Origin: Leucoraja ocellata
Taxonomy: Eukaryota
Assembly: GCA_036785375.1 (NCBI GenBank)
Contig: JAWMAR010000007.1
Span: forward strand, 11,160,001 to 11,224,000
Reading direction: 5' to 3'
Length of the DNA: 64,000 nucleotides
The notes beneath the pieces are model-generated. The model saw nothing but the letters and a program-made list of their open reading frames with translations, ran no database searches and had not been told where the DNA came from. The position numbers and the translations under genes are program-made. Below, one piece after another: positions 11,701 to 26,700 of this stretch. The first letter of the stretch is position 1. Every line of letters begins with the position of its first letter.

Positions 11701-14700
11701 TTGCTGCAGGAGCTGGATCATGAAAGCTGGCCTTTACTTTCTGCATCTCTTCCTCCTGGTTACCTCTGTGCAAATTCCAAATGATAACCATCACTGCACT
11801 CACCAACATTCCTGTCCAATTCTCTCGGAGTTGGGACTGCCTGGGTGGCTGCCCTGTTTCTTGTCTCTGTGTTTAAATTAACAACACTGTAAATAGGATC
11901 CCCTTCAGGCTCCTGTGAACCTGCCAAAGACACAAAAAAGCAATGCGTATTTCAATGGAGAAATTAGAGCTCCCAAACTGTCCACCCCATCCCCTCCCAC
12001 AGGGTCAAAACTGAAGGGAATCCTGGAGTAATCGCAAAATGCAGAACTTTCCAACCCTATCCTCAGGCGTGGTGGAGGGTTACATAGATGAGGTATTTTT
12101 GTGCAAATCTATGAGATACATTGATCAGGTATTGTTACTTTGGGAATAATAGGATCAATTCCAAATTACAATGACCTTTCAAAACCAAAGCTGGTGTATT
12201 AGATATAATATTGGTCTCCTTACCCTAAAAAGCAATGTACAGGTAATTCCGCTATACCACGAATGCTGCATTCTTAAGGAACATCTTATTGTAAAAAATT
12301 ACATTCTGAAAATAATTGGGCCAATGAGAAAAAGGAGGTAAGGGGCTAGTGATTATGAGGCTTGCAATAACAATGTTATTTCTCCCACTGGTTTTTTAAA
12401 AACAGAGATCTATTTTATAGCTCCAAGTTTAGTTTTGTAGCTGCAATCTACAAATACTGATGGCTCAATGTTACATTGTTTAATAGAGTATCACTGCACA
12501 CATGTCAATTTAAATGATTGCTTGGCCACCCATGATGACCTGTATTCATAAGAGACAGTGGTGACTGCTTACTGCAGGGAGGTTACATGAACATGTTTTT
12601 TTCTCCCCAGGTTGTTTTTTCCAAGATAGCTTTTTTTCTGCTTTCCAAAGTAACTTTTAACTGGATCTCTACTTCCTGATAGAGATTATTTTATAACCAA
12701 TTCAAGCCGCATAATAGCATTACCTAATTTAGCAATCGTGTTGTAGCCAATTTGCGATTTCAAAACCTATGTTGAGCAGTACTACCTGTACTTACTTTGC
12801 AGGTTGAGCAGCAAAGGTTCATGAGGCTGGTTTTTGGGATGACAAAGAGATTAAATAGGTTGGACCTTCAATCTTTAGAGTTAAGGACAGGTGTCCAATA
12901 CAAAATACTTCCAGTAGGTTCGACAGAGTAGATTAATTCCCATGACTGAGGAATCTGGAATCTTAGTGCAAGCCCTGGGCCTTAAGGAGAGTCTTTTAAG
13001 TATTAATATTCCACTTGAACACACAACCTGATCTGCTCTGAGAGGGATTGTCTTTGCTGATCTAATTAGAAGGCTGTTGGAGGTAGGGAAGGAGGGTAGG
13101 TGGTAGCGACAATTGAAAGGCCAGTTATTAAATGTGGGTTTGAGCTCTGCTTTTCCAAAGAATGTCCTCAATATGAAAAGAAGTTTTGGCAGATTCTCCT
13201 ATTACCTGGCTCTGGTCCTTGTGGTTTCCGACCATTGGCCATCCTGGCATCAACACAACACACACGCTGCTGTGAACCTGTCAAAGACAAAGGAAAGTAT
13301 TCTGTGAGAATTCTCTCTAGATACCTCTCCCACTCTCCTCCTTTAACACACTTCTCTACTCTCAGCTCATGGGCCTCTGAGCCCATCATGCTCCCATCTG
13401 GGCCTACTAATTCCCTGCACAAGTTCTTTTCTTTCATAATCTTCCTTAAAGGCCCTGTCCAATTTCTGTTCCTTAAACTTTGCATATGCATCCTTTTCCT
13501 TCGACACTAAATTTACAACCTCTCATCATTAAATCACTCTCACTTCCTGATGCAAACTTTCCCAATAGCAGCTGGTCCATAACTACTTTACCCGGTAAAA
13601 AACAAAGTGCTGGAGAAATTCATAGGGCCATGCAGGCTCTGTGGTGGAGAGAAATGGATAGATAATGTTTTGGGTCGCGATCCTTCATCAGATTGATGCA
13701 GTAGAGGGGAGAAAGCTGGCAAGGAGAGTTGAAGGGGAACGGGTGTGGCAAAAACTGACAAATGTTGGTAGATTCAGAAAAGGGTTGAGTGGCAGATGGG
13801 TGGAGCTGTTGCGGCATTCCGGCGGCGACCCGACTTCGGAGGCTCAGCCGCAGGCCCAGGGGACAACATCGTCGGGAGCTCACAGGTCACAGGTTGGTGA
13901 TCTGTTTTTCCGGTGCTCCCACTACAACAGCTTCGTCTGCTGGACTGGAGGGCGGCAGTTTCAACCACCCCGGGCCGCGGAGTTTGAGCCGGCTCGTTCG
14001 CGGAGCTTGGATTCAGCCGTGGAACTGACTTACCATCACCCCGCGGGGTCACAACATGGGAAGCCTGAATCGCCTCAGCGCAGAGGGAGAACAAGGAAGG
14101 AAGAGACAAAGACTTTAAGATTTTTGCCTTCCATCACAGTGAGGAGGTGCCTGGTAGACTCACTGTGGTGGATGTTAAATTTGTGTTTATTGTGTGTTTT
14201 TGTTATTTATTATATGTATGACTGCAAGGCACGAAATTTCGTTCAGACCGGAAGGTCTGAATGACAATAAAGAATACTTTACTTTACAAAGGATTGAGAT
14301 AAAATGAAGACAATGAAGACAGATGTACAATCAAATAAGGAAGGAAGAAAACTGTGTAATATAAAACCAAAGGGCAGGATGTGTGTCTCAGTGGGCCTCC
14401 CTGTGTCCCAGTGGGCCTCCCTGTGTCCCAGTGGGCCTCCTTGTGTCCCAGTGGGCCTCCCTGTGTCCCAGTGGGCCTCCCTGTGTCCCAGTGGGCCTCC
14501 CTGTGTCCCAGTGGCCTCCTTGTGTCTCAGTGGGCCTCCCTGTGTCCCAGTGGGTCTCCCTGTGTCCCAGTGGGCCTCCCTGTGTCCCAGTGGGCCTCCC
14601 TGTGTCCCAGTGGGCCTCCCTGTGTCCCAGTGGGCCTCCCTGTGTCCCAGTGGGTCTCCTTGTGTCCCAGTGGGCCTCCTTGTGTCCCAGTGGGCCTCCT

Positions 14701-17700
14701 TGTGGCCCAGTGTTGAACACTATTCAGTACCAATCCTACCTTACCCCGGGATGTTCTGTTGTATTAATCATGCCACATGCTTGCTCAGTAGACTAACAAA
14801 AAGTTTGGCATTTCTCCAACACACTAGCCAATTTCTACAAATGCACCATTGAAAGCAAGACAAAGTGCTGGAGTAATTTAGCAAGTCAGGCAGCATCCCT
14901 GGAGAATGTGGATAGGTGACGTATAGGGTCGGGACCCTTCTTCAGACTGATCGGGATACCGTCAGGATGCTTCACAGCTTGGAAGCAGCTCCCCAAGACT
15001 AAGACATTTCAGAGAGTTGTGAATGTAGTCGAGTATATCACACAGACCACACTTCCCACTATTGACTTCATCTGCACTTCACGCTGCCTTAGGAAAGCAG
15101 TGAACATAATCAAGGATATTTTTCACCTCGGTCATCCCCTATTCTCCCCTCTCCCGTTGGGCAGAAGATACATTAGCTTAAAGACGCAATCCACCAGATT
15201 CAGGAACAGCTTCTTCCCCCACTTTTGCCAGACTACTGAACGGCCCTCCCACAAACTAAGGTGTAGTCCCGATCTTCCAACTTACTTCAATGCGACCCAT
15301 GCATTTTTTCTCTTTTTATCTGAACTTTTTCTGGAGCTGTTACACGGTAATGAAGGAACTATGGATGGCTCAGTGGCACAGCGGTAGAGTTGCTGCCTTA
15401 CTGCACCAGAGACCCGGGTTTGATCCTGACTATGGGAGCCATCTGTATGGAGTTTGTAAGTTCTCCCTGTAACCACTTAGGTTTTCTCCGAGTGCTCTGG
15501 TTTCCTCCCACACACGATAGACATAAGAATTAATGATACAGGGTGCTCGCTGGTCGGCACAGACATGGTGGGCCAAAGGACCTGTTTCCATGCTGTATCT
15601 CTACTAAAGTCTAAAACACAATATTATGTACTCTGGTATTTTTCTCTTTACACTGCCTGTTGTACTTGTATATGGATTGATTGTTCTCATGTATGATATG
15701 ATTAGATTTGACCAAATAACATACAAACAAAGATTTTCACTGTATCACAGTAGAAGTGACTATAATAATAAATTAATACATGAATGCAAGCATTTGTTGC
15801 TGTTGTACAAATCTAAGGACCTAATCAAGAACCTATCAATCTACGCTATAAAATTTCCACTGACTAGACCTCCACTTTTGCCTGTGGCATTGAATTCCAC
15901 TGATTCATCAGTCTCTGGCTAAAAAAAAAAAAATCTTCCTCATCTCCATTCTAAAGGTTCATCCTTTTATTCTGAGTCTGTGTTCTCTGGTTCTGGACTC
16001 TCTCACTGCTGGTAACATTCTCTCCATGCCCACATGTCCTTTTGATAGGTAGCATAGAGACCAAGGACCTATACATTTATACCTGAGTTCATATCTTCTT
16101 GCATTAAAGGCCAACATTACATTTGTTTTCCGAAATCCACACGTTTGATACATAAAGTGAGTTATATGTGAACATTGGTATTCCCCAATCTGTAACCGCT
16201 GGAAGAGCATTGAAGTTTGACAGCTTTTTTTCCTGAAGTGGATTATCTCACATTTTCTCACATTCCCATGTTGTTTCCCAACGTACTTGGCTGGTCGATA
16301 TATTCTCTTCAAACCTTGAGCCATCACATTCCCACTCAGTTTCAAATCATCTGCAAACTGGTCCATGATTGAATCGGAACGCTCAGAACCTTTTTCAAAT
16401 GATACCCAAGCATTTGAAGAACAGCGAGGATCTAAGGACAGAATCACAGCCGGACCTTCCCACAAATTCATCGGAGGGCAAGGGCAATGAATACCTTATC
16501 TCAGGACTGTATTATTAAGAACAGGAAATTCTGACCCTGTTATACCCGTCTATGGACAAGGTCTGTCAGGGTAGCAATGGTGAGGGCAGACTTGACCCTT
16601 CATGGGGTACAGCCCCAGTCCACTAGAACTGAAGATTTAACCTTGGCACACGATGTCTGTGCCGACCATAATGCCAAATTAAACTAATCATATCTCTCTA
16701 CACATGGTTGATCCCTTTCCATTCCATGTATATTTACATGTATAAATGCTCTTTAAACATTGCTAGCGTGTCAGCTTCCACACCTCCCCTGGTTGCACGT
16801 TCCAGGCACCAACCATTCTGAATAAATGGCACTTCTTAAATCTCCGTTAAAAACATTCCTACTCTCACCTTAACCCATGCTCTTTAGTTTTTGACATCTC
16901 AACCCTGGGGAAAAAAGACTAACTACTATTTCTATATGTCTCAGAATTTGACATTCTTTGATCAGCATCAGGTGTTCCAGAGAAAAACAATCCAACCTCT
17001 CCTTATAGCTAAAATCTTCTAATCCAGGCATTATTCTGTAACCCTCTGCACCCTCTCCAAAGTTTCCAAATCCTTCCTGAAATGTGGTCACCAGAACTGG
17101 ACAAAATACTCCAAATGTGGCCTAACCAGGGATGACTGGCCTCCTGTTCACATTTCCGGCCTATAATATTTGAAAAAGCCACCAGTCCCAAGAACACTCA
17201 CAACAGCCCACAATGTAGTTGTTATTGGCAAACTCACATTTTTTCAAAGACATGAGAGCAAATACCATCACAAGGAGAACAACAGCCAATATGGGTAATC
17301 CAATGTAGAGTTCCAGCCACAACCGTCTCCCATCATTGGGTAGGCAGATCTCACGCGTGTCCATCTGGTGTTCATTCACAGCCACACACGTGTAATTCCC
17401 TGGCAGCCTGGGGTGAAGCAGCTTTCCCACAGTCAGTAGTTTCTCTGGATCATGTGTGACTGTCATCTCACTACTGGTCACGGGCAGTGAGCTGTTCCCT
17501 GGGCCGATCCATGTGATGTTTGCAGGAGGCTTCCCTTCAGCCCTGCACACGAGGGTGCGTTCTCCAGCTCCATTGTCGCTCACAACGAACAGCTCCAGGA
17601 TGGTGGCTGGGACTTGGAGAAGGAAGAAATGTATTAAATTCATTGAATTAATCACTGTTGGTGTGCGGATAAACTCCATCTGAATGGGGATTGGAAGGAC

Positions 17701-20700
17701 ACATCTAGGAGACTGCAGTGAAATATTTGCAGATATGATAGTGTCTTTGAGAAGCACATGGATCTACAGGGAATGGAGGGATATGGATCATGTGTCGGCA
17801 GATGATATTAGTTTAACTTACAGAACCATTATATTCTGCACAGATATTGCGGGCCAAAGGGCCTGGTCCTGTGCTGCACTGTTCTATGTAATATTCAGTG
17901 AGAGAACATACAGGATCCCGGAGTCTATGTGAATGAAAGAGACAGTGGAGAGAGGGTTCACTAAGTGGGGGTGGGTGTGATTAAAGACTGTGGACTCTTC
18001 CCGTGGATTCCCCTTCATCCAGCGGACAGTGATGGGGTTGGGATTCTTGTTCAAGGGGCTGAAGCAGCAGGGCAGTGTGGCTGAATCTCTTCTCTTCCCA
18101 ATCACCATCGATGTGTTCTTCTTTCCATCTTGTATAGAGAAAAGTTGTATTTAACAATCTATTCCACATGGTTTATAAAAATACATCATCCATGCCTGTG
18201 ACATTGATTCCCCATCCCACTCCCGCTCTGATCTGTCTGTCTCAGACCTCCTGCATTGTTCTAACGAGGCCCAATCTCAAGCAACCTCATCTTCTGTCTG
18301 GGCAGCATGAAGCTTTTGTGTTAACATTTAATACAACAATTTCAATAACTTGCTTAAGGGCCTGTCCAACTTATGCGATTATTAGGCGACTACTGGCGAC
18401 TAGGCGGTCACCACACGGTTGCCGGGTGTCACATGTAGGGTCGTGAGTCGTCTCCTCAAGTCGCCCAAAGATCCGTAGCGTTTTTCTGGTCGCCGCAGGA
18501 TTTTGAAATGTTCAAATCTTTTTGGCGACACTCAGCGATCTTGGGCTTGTCGTAGCTTGTCTTCTCCTGACGTAGGTGCTGTCGTAAGTTGTCGCCAGGA
18601 TAACATAGGTTGTTGCCAGGATGATGTATGTTGTCGCTGGTGCTGACTTCGATGAATTCATTTGGGGACTACCTACGTCAACCTGCGTAAACCGGCGACA
18701 GCTACCGGCGTCAAGAGAAGTCTTCAATTATCACCGACAGGGTGGTAGCTTGTCGTAGCTTGTCGCGGGTGGAGGTAGGTTGACTGGTTATCGTAGGTTG
18801 TCACCTGTGTGGTCGTAGGGTTGTCTAGGTGTGGTCGTAGGTGGACGTCCTAAGTCGTGACGATTGAGTCGCCGGTTGTCATGGCTTAACGTCGACTAGG
18901 TGGTTGGTTGTTGTAGACGTTGTCGTAGGGGGGGTCCAGTCACCGGTTTTTCACAACCTGCTACGACCATGACAGTCACTGGCAGTTGCCTAAAAAATCA
19001 CCTAAGTGGGACAAGCCCTTTACTGTTAAGTATAAGAACTGGCCAGAACTGCCTCAAAAGTCAATATTACCTGACCTAAACCACCATAGCTAGAGGCTGA
19101 TGACAATATCACTGGAGATGCCACAAGTCTCCCGTCAACACTAACATTGGAGATGAGACAGTGGCGTTCACCTCTGTTCAAACATGAGAAAGTGAAGCCA
19201 ATTGTAAGAGTGCAGTCCACATGTGGCAGCTCAAATATCAAACCCACACATGGGCTGTAGTGTTGCTTATTGACAATGCAAGAGTATCATGAGGAAGACA
19301 GATGAACGTAGAACTGTCGAAAGATACTACAAATGTTGATCTAATACAGATATAGGCAGAGAAATGGCAGATGGAGTTTGATCCGAACATATGTGAAGTG
19401 TTGTCTTTGGGAGGTTGAATGCGTGGAAAATATACAAGGGCAAGACCCTTAATACCACTGATGTACAGAAAAATATTGGGATCCAATTCCATAACTCCCT
19501 GAAAATGGCAACACGTTAAAAACGTGTACAGTTTTCTTGCTTTCATTGGTCAAGGTACTGTATACAAGATGTGTAGGAAGGAACTGCAGATGCTGGTTAA
19601 AACCGAAGATGGACACAAAACGCTGGAGTAACTCAGCGGGACAGGCAGCATCTCTGGAGAGAAAGGATGTGTCACGTTTCAGGTCAAGAAGAAGATACTT
19701 GACCCGAAACATCATCCATTCCTTCTCTCCAGAGATGCTACCTGTCCCGGTGAGTTACTCCAGCTTTTAGTGTCTATCTACTGAATACAAGAGTCAGGAA
19801 GTCATGTTGTAGCTCTATACAACTTTAGTTACGACACTGGGATTATTGCATTCAGTTTTATGTGCAGTTTTCACCCATTACAGGAAGGATGAGGAGACTT
19901 TGGAAAGGGTTCAGAAGAGGTTTAGCAGAATGCTGCCTGGATTAGAGGGTAATAGTTATAATAAAAGGTTGGACATACTTGAACTGTTTTTCTGGACTCT
20001 TGAAAGTTTATAAAAATATGAAAGACATGGATAGGAGAGAGAGTCAGAACCTTTTGCCTACGGCGGGAATGTCAATGAATAGACGGCATTGTGATAAGGA
20101 CAGATGGGAAAAGATGAAAGGAGATATGTGGGGAAAGTTATTGTTTACACAGAGGGTGGTGGGTGCCAGGAAAATACTGTTAGGGGTGATGGAGGCAGCT
20201 ACGATAGTGGAGTTTTAGAGACTTTTTGAAATGCAGGTAATGGAAGAAATGCATCACCTGCAGGTAGACGAGATTAACGTAGCATCATGTTCGGTACAGA
20301 CATTGCGGGCCAAAGGGCCTGTTCCTGTGCTGGTCTACACTGTCAGTGGGAGCTCATTCCTCTTAAGGTTGTGCAATATGATATTATCGTTTACAGCATA
20401 ACATACGTTTCCTTACCCACAACCTGCAGTTTCATCTCATCCTGAGTCACAGTCGTCAACGCTGAACTCCTGATATAAACGTGACAGAAGTAATCACTGG
20501 CGTCATTCAGTTTGAGTCCCTTCACTCTGATGGAGGCGTTTCCCTGCTCCAGATTTCCCACCAGCTCATATCGATTTCCTTTATTTACATTTTTCGGAAT
20601 GTTATTTGCTGCTGGGCGGGGAGAAGTGTCACGAAAGACAACAGACCATTTTGGTGGATTCCTCTTCATCCACTTGATGGTGATGGAGCTGGGATTCCTG

Positions 20701-23700
20701 TTCGAGGGACTGAAGGAGCAGGGCAGTGTGGCAGTCGCACCCTTCCTCCCAATCACCATGGATGCTCTGTCATTATCACCTTGCAGAGAGAAGAGTTTTA
20801 AAGTGTGAATATGATGTAGTAATTGAATACAATAACCACACAGTCTTTATCAATAGTTCATCCATACTTGTGACTTGGATTCTCCATCCCATTCCCACTC
20901 TGATCCACCTGTTCCTGACCTGCACTATTTTATTAAGGGCCAATCTCAAGTAAAGACATCTCAGTTTCAGTCTGGCCAGGATGGAGCCTTGACCTTGAAG
21001 ACTGGGAACCGGAGAGGAGGATGGAGGGTGACTAAAGGCACGGTTAACTGAATTAGGTGGGGTGGGGGGCAGGTCTTAGGTTCTGCACCCGAAGCACTTC
21101 TCATTACCTCTGACATCTGCACTAATCAGGAATCTACTTATCTCTGCCTTAAATATATCCACTGACTTTGCCTCCACAGCCGTCTGTGGCAATGAATTCC
21201 ATAGATTCACCACCCTCCTACCAAAGAAATTCAGCCTCATCTCCTTCCTAAAAGAACGTCCTTTAATTCTGAGGATTAAACCTCTCGTCTTCGACTCTCC
21301 CACAAGTGGAAGCATCCTCTCCACATCCAAGCCTTTCACTATTCTGTCTGTTTCAATGAGGTCCTCCCTCATTCTTCTAAACTCCAGCAAACATAGGCCC
21401 AGTGACGTCAAATATTCATCTGATGATATCCTACTCATTCCTGGGATCATTCTTGTGAACCTCCTCTGGACCCTCTCCAGAGCCAGCACATCCTTCCTCA
21501 GATATGGTGCCTAAAATTGCTCACAATATTCCAAATGTGGCCTGACCAGCGCCTGAAAGATTCTCAGCATTACATCCCTACTTTTGCATATAAACCCTCT
21601 CGAAATAAATGCTAGCATTGCGTTTGCTTTCTGTACAACTGATTTGACTTGCAGATTAACTTTTTGTGAATCCTGCACCAGCATTCTCAAGTCACCTTGC
21701 ACCTCTGATTTCTGGATTCTCTTCCCATTTAGAAAATAATCAACGCCTTTAATCCTATTACCAAAATACATGACTCCACACTTTTCCACACCTTTCCATC
21801 TGCCACTTCTCTGCCCACTCTCCCAACCTATCCAAGTTCTTCTGCAGAGACCCTGCTTTCTCTGCACTACCTGCCTATCCACCTATTTTTGTATAAACCG
21901 CAAACTTGGCCACAAAGCCTTCAATCCCCTCATCCAAATCATTAATATACAACGTGAAGAGCAGCGGCCCCAGCACCGAGCCCTGCGGAACTCTGCTAGT
22001 AACTGGCAGCCAACCTGAAAATGCCTGGTTAACCGAATCAGGAGGGGTGCAAAATGGCAACTGTTGCCCAGACTCAGTGGGTTCTTCTGTACATGATGTA
22101 CTAACCGGGGGGATTGTGCTTATTTATGTACGGTGATATTCTTACTGATCTGTATGCAAAAAAGTATTTCACTGTACTTGCTACATGTGATAATAAAGAA
22201 ACCATTGAACCGAAAATAGACACAAAATGCTGGAGTAATTCAGCGGGCAGGCAGCATGTCTGGATAGAATGAATCGGTGACGTTTCGGGTCGTGATTCTT
22301 CTTCAGGAGAACTGAGTCAGTATCGCAGATGCTGTAGAACTCGCCAGTTCTGATACAAACAGCGAGCAAGTCACCAGAAATTGTTCTATTCACGGTTGAC
22401 CCATTGAACCATTGAGTCAACATTGAATGCAACAATTTCTGGTAACTTTCTCACTGTTTGTATCAGAAGTTCTGCAGCAGGTTATCCATCTGCAATACTG
22501 ACTCAGTTCTCCTCTCTCCACTGACGCTGCCTGATCTGCAGCGTGTTTCTTGCAGCTGACGTGCATTTTGCAGCTCACGTGCATTTTGCAGCTCTGTTTC
22601 TATCTTTGTTTGTGTTCTCTGTCTCCAGTTTCCTTCCTTAATTTATCAACCAGATAATTTCATCAACAGCAAACCTAGACTCACCCTTTCAGAGATATTT
22701 CCTATTTCCAATCCACCCCTCTATACAACCTCTGCAACTTCAGCTAACTTATTTTAAGTTGCAATAATTGTTCTGAGAATAACTGATTAATATTCCATTT
22801 TGCTTATCTTCAGTAGAACTGGTTAGTTCTGATAAAAGAGAGAAAAAGTATCATCCAAAATTCTTGAATTCAATGGAGTCTGCAATGATGCAGAGAGCCC
22901 TGTTCTTCAAATTGCATTAGACGGGTTATAAGGAAGTCACAAAAAATAGTCAGAGGGGGAATTGCATGGATGATTAAGATTACAAGCACCAGAAAGCTCA
23001 GGATTAACCATGTAGAATGAATAAAAGGTTTTCCCTCGTTCCCGCGCCCATCAACTGCATTTATTCCTTGTGAAAGCAGGCAACATAATGAAGGATCACT
23101 CACACCCGAGTTACTCTCTCTTCTCCCCTCCCCCATTACCGGAACCAGAGGCTGACAACAATGTCACTGGAGGTCCCATGATTCTCCCATCAGCACCAGC
23201 AATGGAGATTAGACATGATGTTTATCTATGTTTAACCACTAGAAAGTGAAGCCAATCACAAGAAAGTAGGCTCAACAAATGGCAGCTGAAATGATCAACC
23301 TGTCCATTCTCTCCCGCACACACACGTATCTCCAGATACATTATCACCATCGCTCCAAGATGGTGGCTGAAACCTAGAGAGGGATAAAAGTCACTGTTAT
23401 TCATTGGTGCAGGGGGAGAACCAGGGAGGGGTGAAGATTTGAAAGAGACCCAGCAGGAGAATGGAGTGAAATAGTCAGAGAGGAAACAGAACGAAGCTCA
23501 TTCTTCTCACAGTTGTTCAATGTGATTTTATCATTTACTCCTCAACACTGACTGTTTCCTTACCGAAAACCTGTAGTCCCGTCTCATCCTGAGTCACCTG
23601 ATAATTTTTCTTCTTAGAGGATTCAAAGATCCAAACATGACAGAAATAGTTGTTGGTGTCATTCAACATGAGTCCCCTCACTCTGATGGAGGCGTCTCCA

Positions 23701-26700
23701 TTGTCTACGTTTCCCACCAGCTCATATCGACCTCCTGTATTTACATTGTCAGTGCCGGGACCACTTGTGGCCTAGGAGCGGGTATGTTTAAAGACAACGG
23801 ACTCTTCCCATGGAGTCCCCTTCATCCAGAGGATAGTGATCACTCTGCTATTTGCACTCGAGTGTTTGAAGTTGCAGTTCAGTGTGGCACCACCTCCTCT
23901 CTTCCCGATCACCATAGATGTACCTCTACTACATTTTCTACTGCATGTTCTACTACATGGTGATTTTCCATCGAATTATAAGAAGATTGCAGATGGAATA
24001 TGAAGAGGTGGAGAAGGTGTGTGAGATTAACAGAGACACGCACCGAGTGATAATACCTACACAGAAATGAGAGATAAGATAGTTAAACAGAACAATGCTC
24101 AAGGGTGCCAAGGAACATGTGGAAAACTCCTTCTGAGACACAGTTAACTAAATCAAATGTGACACATTGAGGCAATGGTTAGTGAGGTGCGAGACGCTGG
24201 GCTCAATGATGAAAGTATGAAGTACAAGATTACGATAGCTACATTGCCATAGAAAAAATCAGGAGAGAAACAAATGATTGTCAGTTTGATGATCAGAACT
24301 GGGAAAAGTTACAATAAAACAAATGTCTTTTATGTTGCAGAGAAGTGGGAATGTGGAGGAATCTATGATAGGTTGGGGACAGGATTGCCCTGGTGATTGG
24401 CTGTTGTGGTCACTTGATTGGTAAGTGAATGAGAGTAAATATTGAGGTCAGCCAATATAACAGTATCACACGGCTTGATCTCTTGTTGCTACTGCCAGGT
24501 AGAAGGTTCAGGAAATGTGAACCTTTACCTCCAGGTTCAAGAAGACAATCTTGCCATTTAACAGGTTGTTTTGATTTCACTAAAGATCTCCCTCCCGAAC
24601 TGTGATTCAGCAATCCCGTTATTTGTCCATAACAGGTCAGTGCTGAAGTTTGGTTGTGTTTAGGTTCATTGTGGCATCATCAGGCTCTTGCACCAAACTA
24701 TTATGCACTTTGTATAAGGTTGCTTTAAATACTTCAAATGTTAATCAAATGCTATTGCCATGTATAACTGATATTGTATTATTGTTTGTTGTTAATGTAT
24801 TATTATGTTGCATCAATGTGCCTGCAAAGTTGCAGCAATGAATAATTGTGTTGTTCTAATCCCAGTGCATATGACTATTAAACACACCTGACTGGAATAA
24901 TATGGGGATTGTGTGGAAAGAATAGGGGGACTGGGACTGATGGATGTCAATGGACAGAGGGCTCTGGGGAATAGATGGATTTCACAAATACTTGTGGAAA
25001 GTTTATTTCCTCCTGCTTATGATTCAAAAACCACATGTCAGGGAAAAATAAGTCAGACATTCAGGACTGAGGTCAAGAAATTCCCTGCAATAATGTTTGT
25101 GAACCTACTGAATTTTCCATCCCAGAGTTTAGTTTATTGTCACCTGCACCAAGGTACAGTGAAAAGCTTTTATTGCATGCTAACCAGTCAACGAAAAGAC
25201 AATACATGATTACAATCAACAATCCACATTATGCAGAAGCTGTGGGTAAAACGTAGTTGAGTAAGTTCAAACCAAAGGTCCACAGTTTTTCTGGGTCTCA
25301 TGGAGATCACTGTCTGGGGATCTCTCAGTGAATGAACAAGGTCCAGAATTAGCCATGATTTTATGGATGAGAGTTGGTTCGAGCATCTGTGTTCTGACTC
25401 CTCCCATTTCACGTAATAGTCTAAGCATTGTTTTAAAAACCAGGGACTATCCCTTCCTGTTCACTAACACTGCCTGAACAAATGCTGTCTCTCCAATCTG
25501 CCAGGGTCAATTTTGATTCTCCATTTCACCATTCTACACTTAATGCTGCTTCGGAAAAGCAACCACATTATCAAGGACAACTAATACCCTGACATTCTCA
25601 CACCCAGAAAATACAAAAGCTTGAAAGTAGGTACCACCAGATGGAAGAACAACTTCTTACCTATTGTTAGAGTCTTGAATGGACCTCACAAATGGTAGGG
25701 TTGAATTACCCGATCTTCCAATCTACCACGTTAAACGCTTGCACTACTCTTTAGTAGCACTTTCACTGTAGCTGTCATACTACATTCTTCACTTTGCTTA
25801 TTTTCTCTTTTACAGTTCCTGATGCACACATCTAAGGTATGATTCTTCCAACCTCATCTATTGCATTCTGTGTCCCCAATATGATGAATACTTGTGTTCA
25901 GTCTGCGAAGGCCTGCTGGAGCTCCTGGTTCCGACGCTTTTTAACTCCTCTTTCTGTTCCCACACTGACCTGACTGTCACTGGCCTTGTGTATTATCAGT
26001 GTGAGAACACACACAAACAGGAAGAACAGCACCTCATGGTCAGCTTGTGTAACTTATAACCTAACCGTATGAACACTGAACTCTCAAAGTTCAAGTAATA
26101 CCTCCCTCCCCGCCCCCTCCACCAGCCCACTGTATACACATTGCTCCCATTATCCCTGTCACACTGCTCCTTTCATCTCCCGTATTCATCTCCCGTCCTC
26201 GAATCCCATAGTTCCTTCTATCACGTCTTTCACCTGCCCATCTCCCCTGGCCCATTCCATCCATTTGCCTCCGCCTTTACATTTTGTTTCCTTGTCTGAC
26301 AACTTTTACCACTTTTCACCACTCGCCATTATCACTGTCTCCACCCATCTGATAAGCATCTCCCCCGTGCCCCCCCCTCCCCCACCTCCATCCACCTCTC
26401 ATTGGGCAAGCTTTGCTCCGTTCCCATCTTTCTCCCTACTACTCCATCAGTTTGAAGGGAACCGACCCGGATAATTGCCTGTCCATTTCCTCCACCAATG
26501 CTGCTTGACCCACTGTGTCTTCAGCACTTTGTGTATTGCTCATGGTTCCAGCATCTGCAGTTTCTAGTGTCTCAATGGGATGATTTGTCTGGATGGCACT
26601 CGGAAAAATATCACTGTATCTCAGTGCAATAGACAATAATAAACCAATACCAATATCTGAAACTTAACTGGAGGAGATATAATATGTGACTATAACAGCA

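Noticed and set aside
14304-14852. Repetitive Pro/Cys/Gly ORFs and a CRISPR-like look
   Set aside because: Pure 20-bp tandem repeat with no spacers; the ORFs arise because the unit lacks stops
15365-15440. tRNA gene
   Set aside because: Degenerate A/B boxes continuing into a SINE body and LINE-like tail; no cloverleaf
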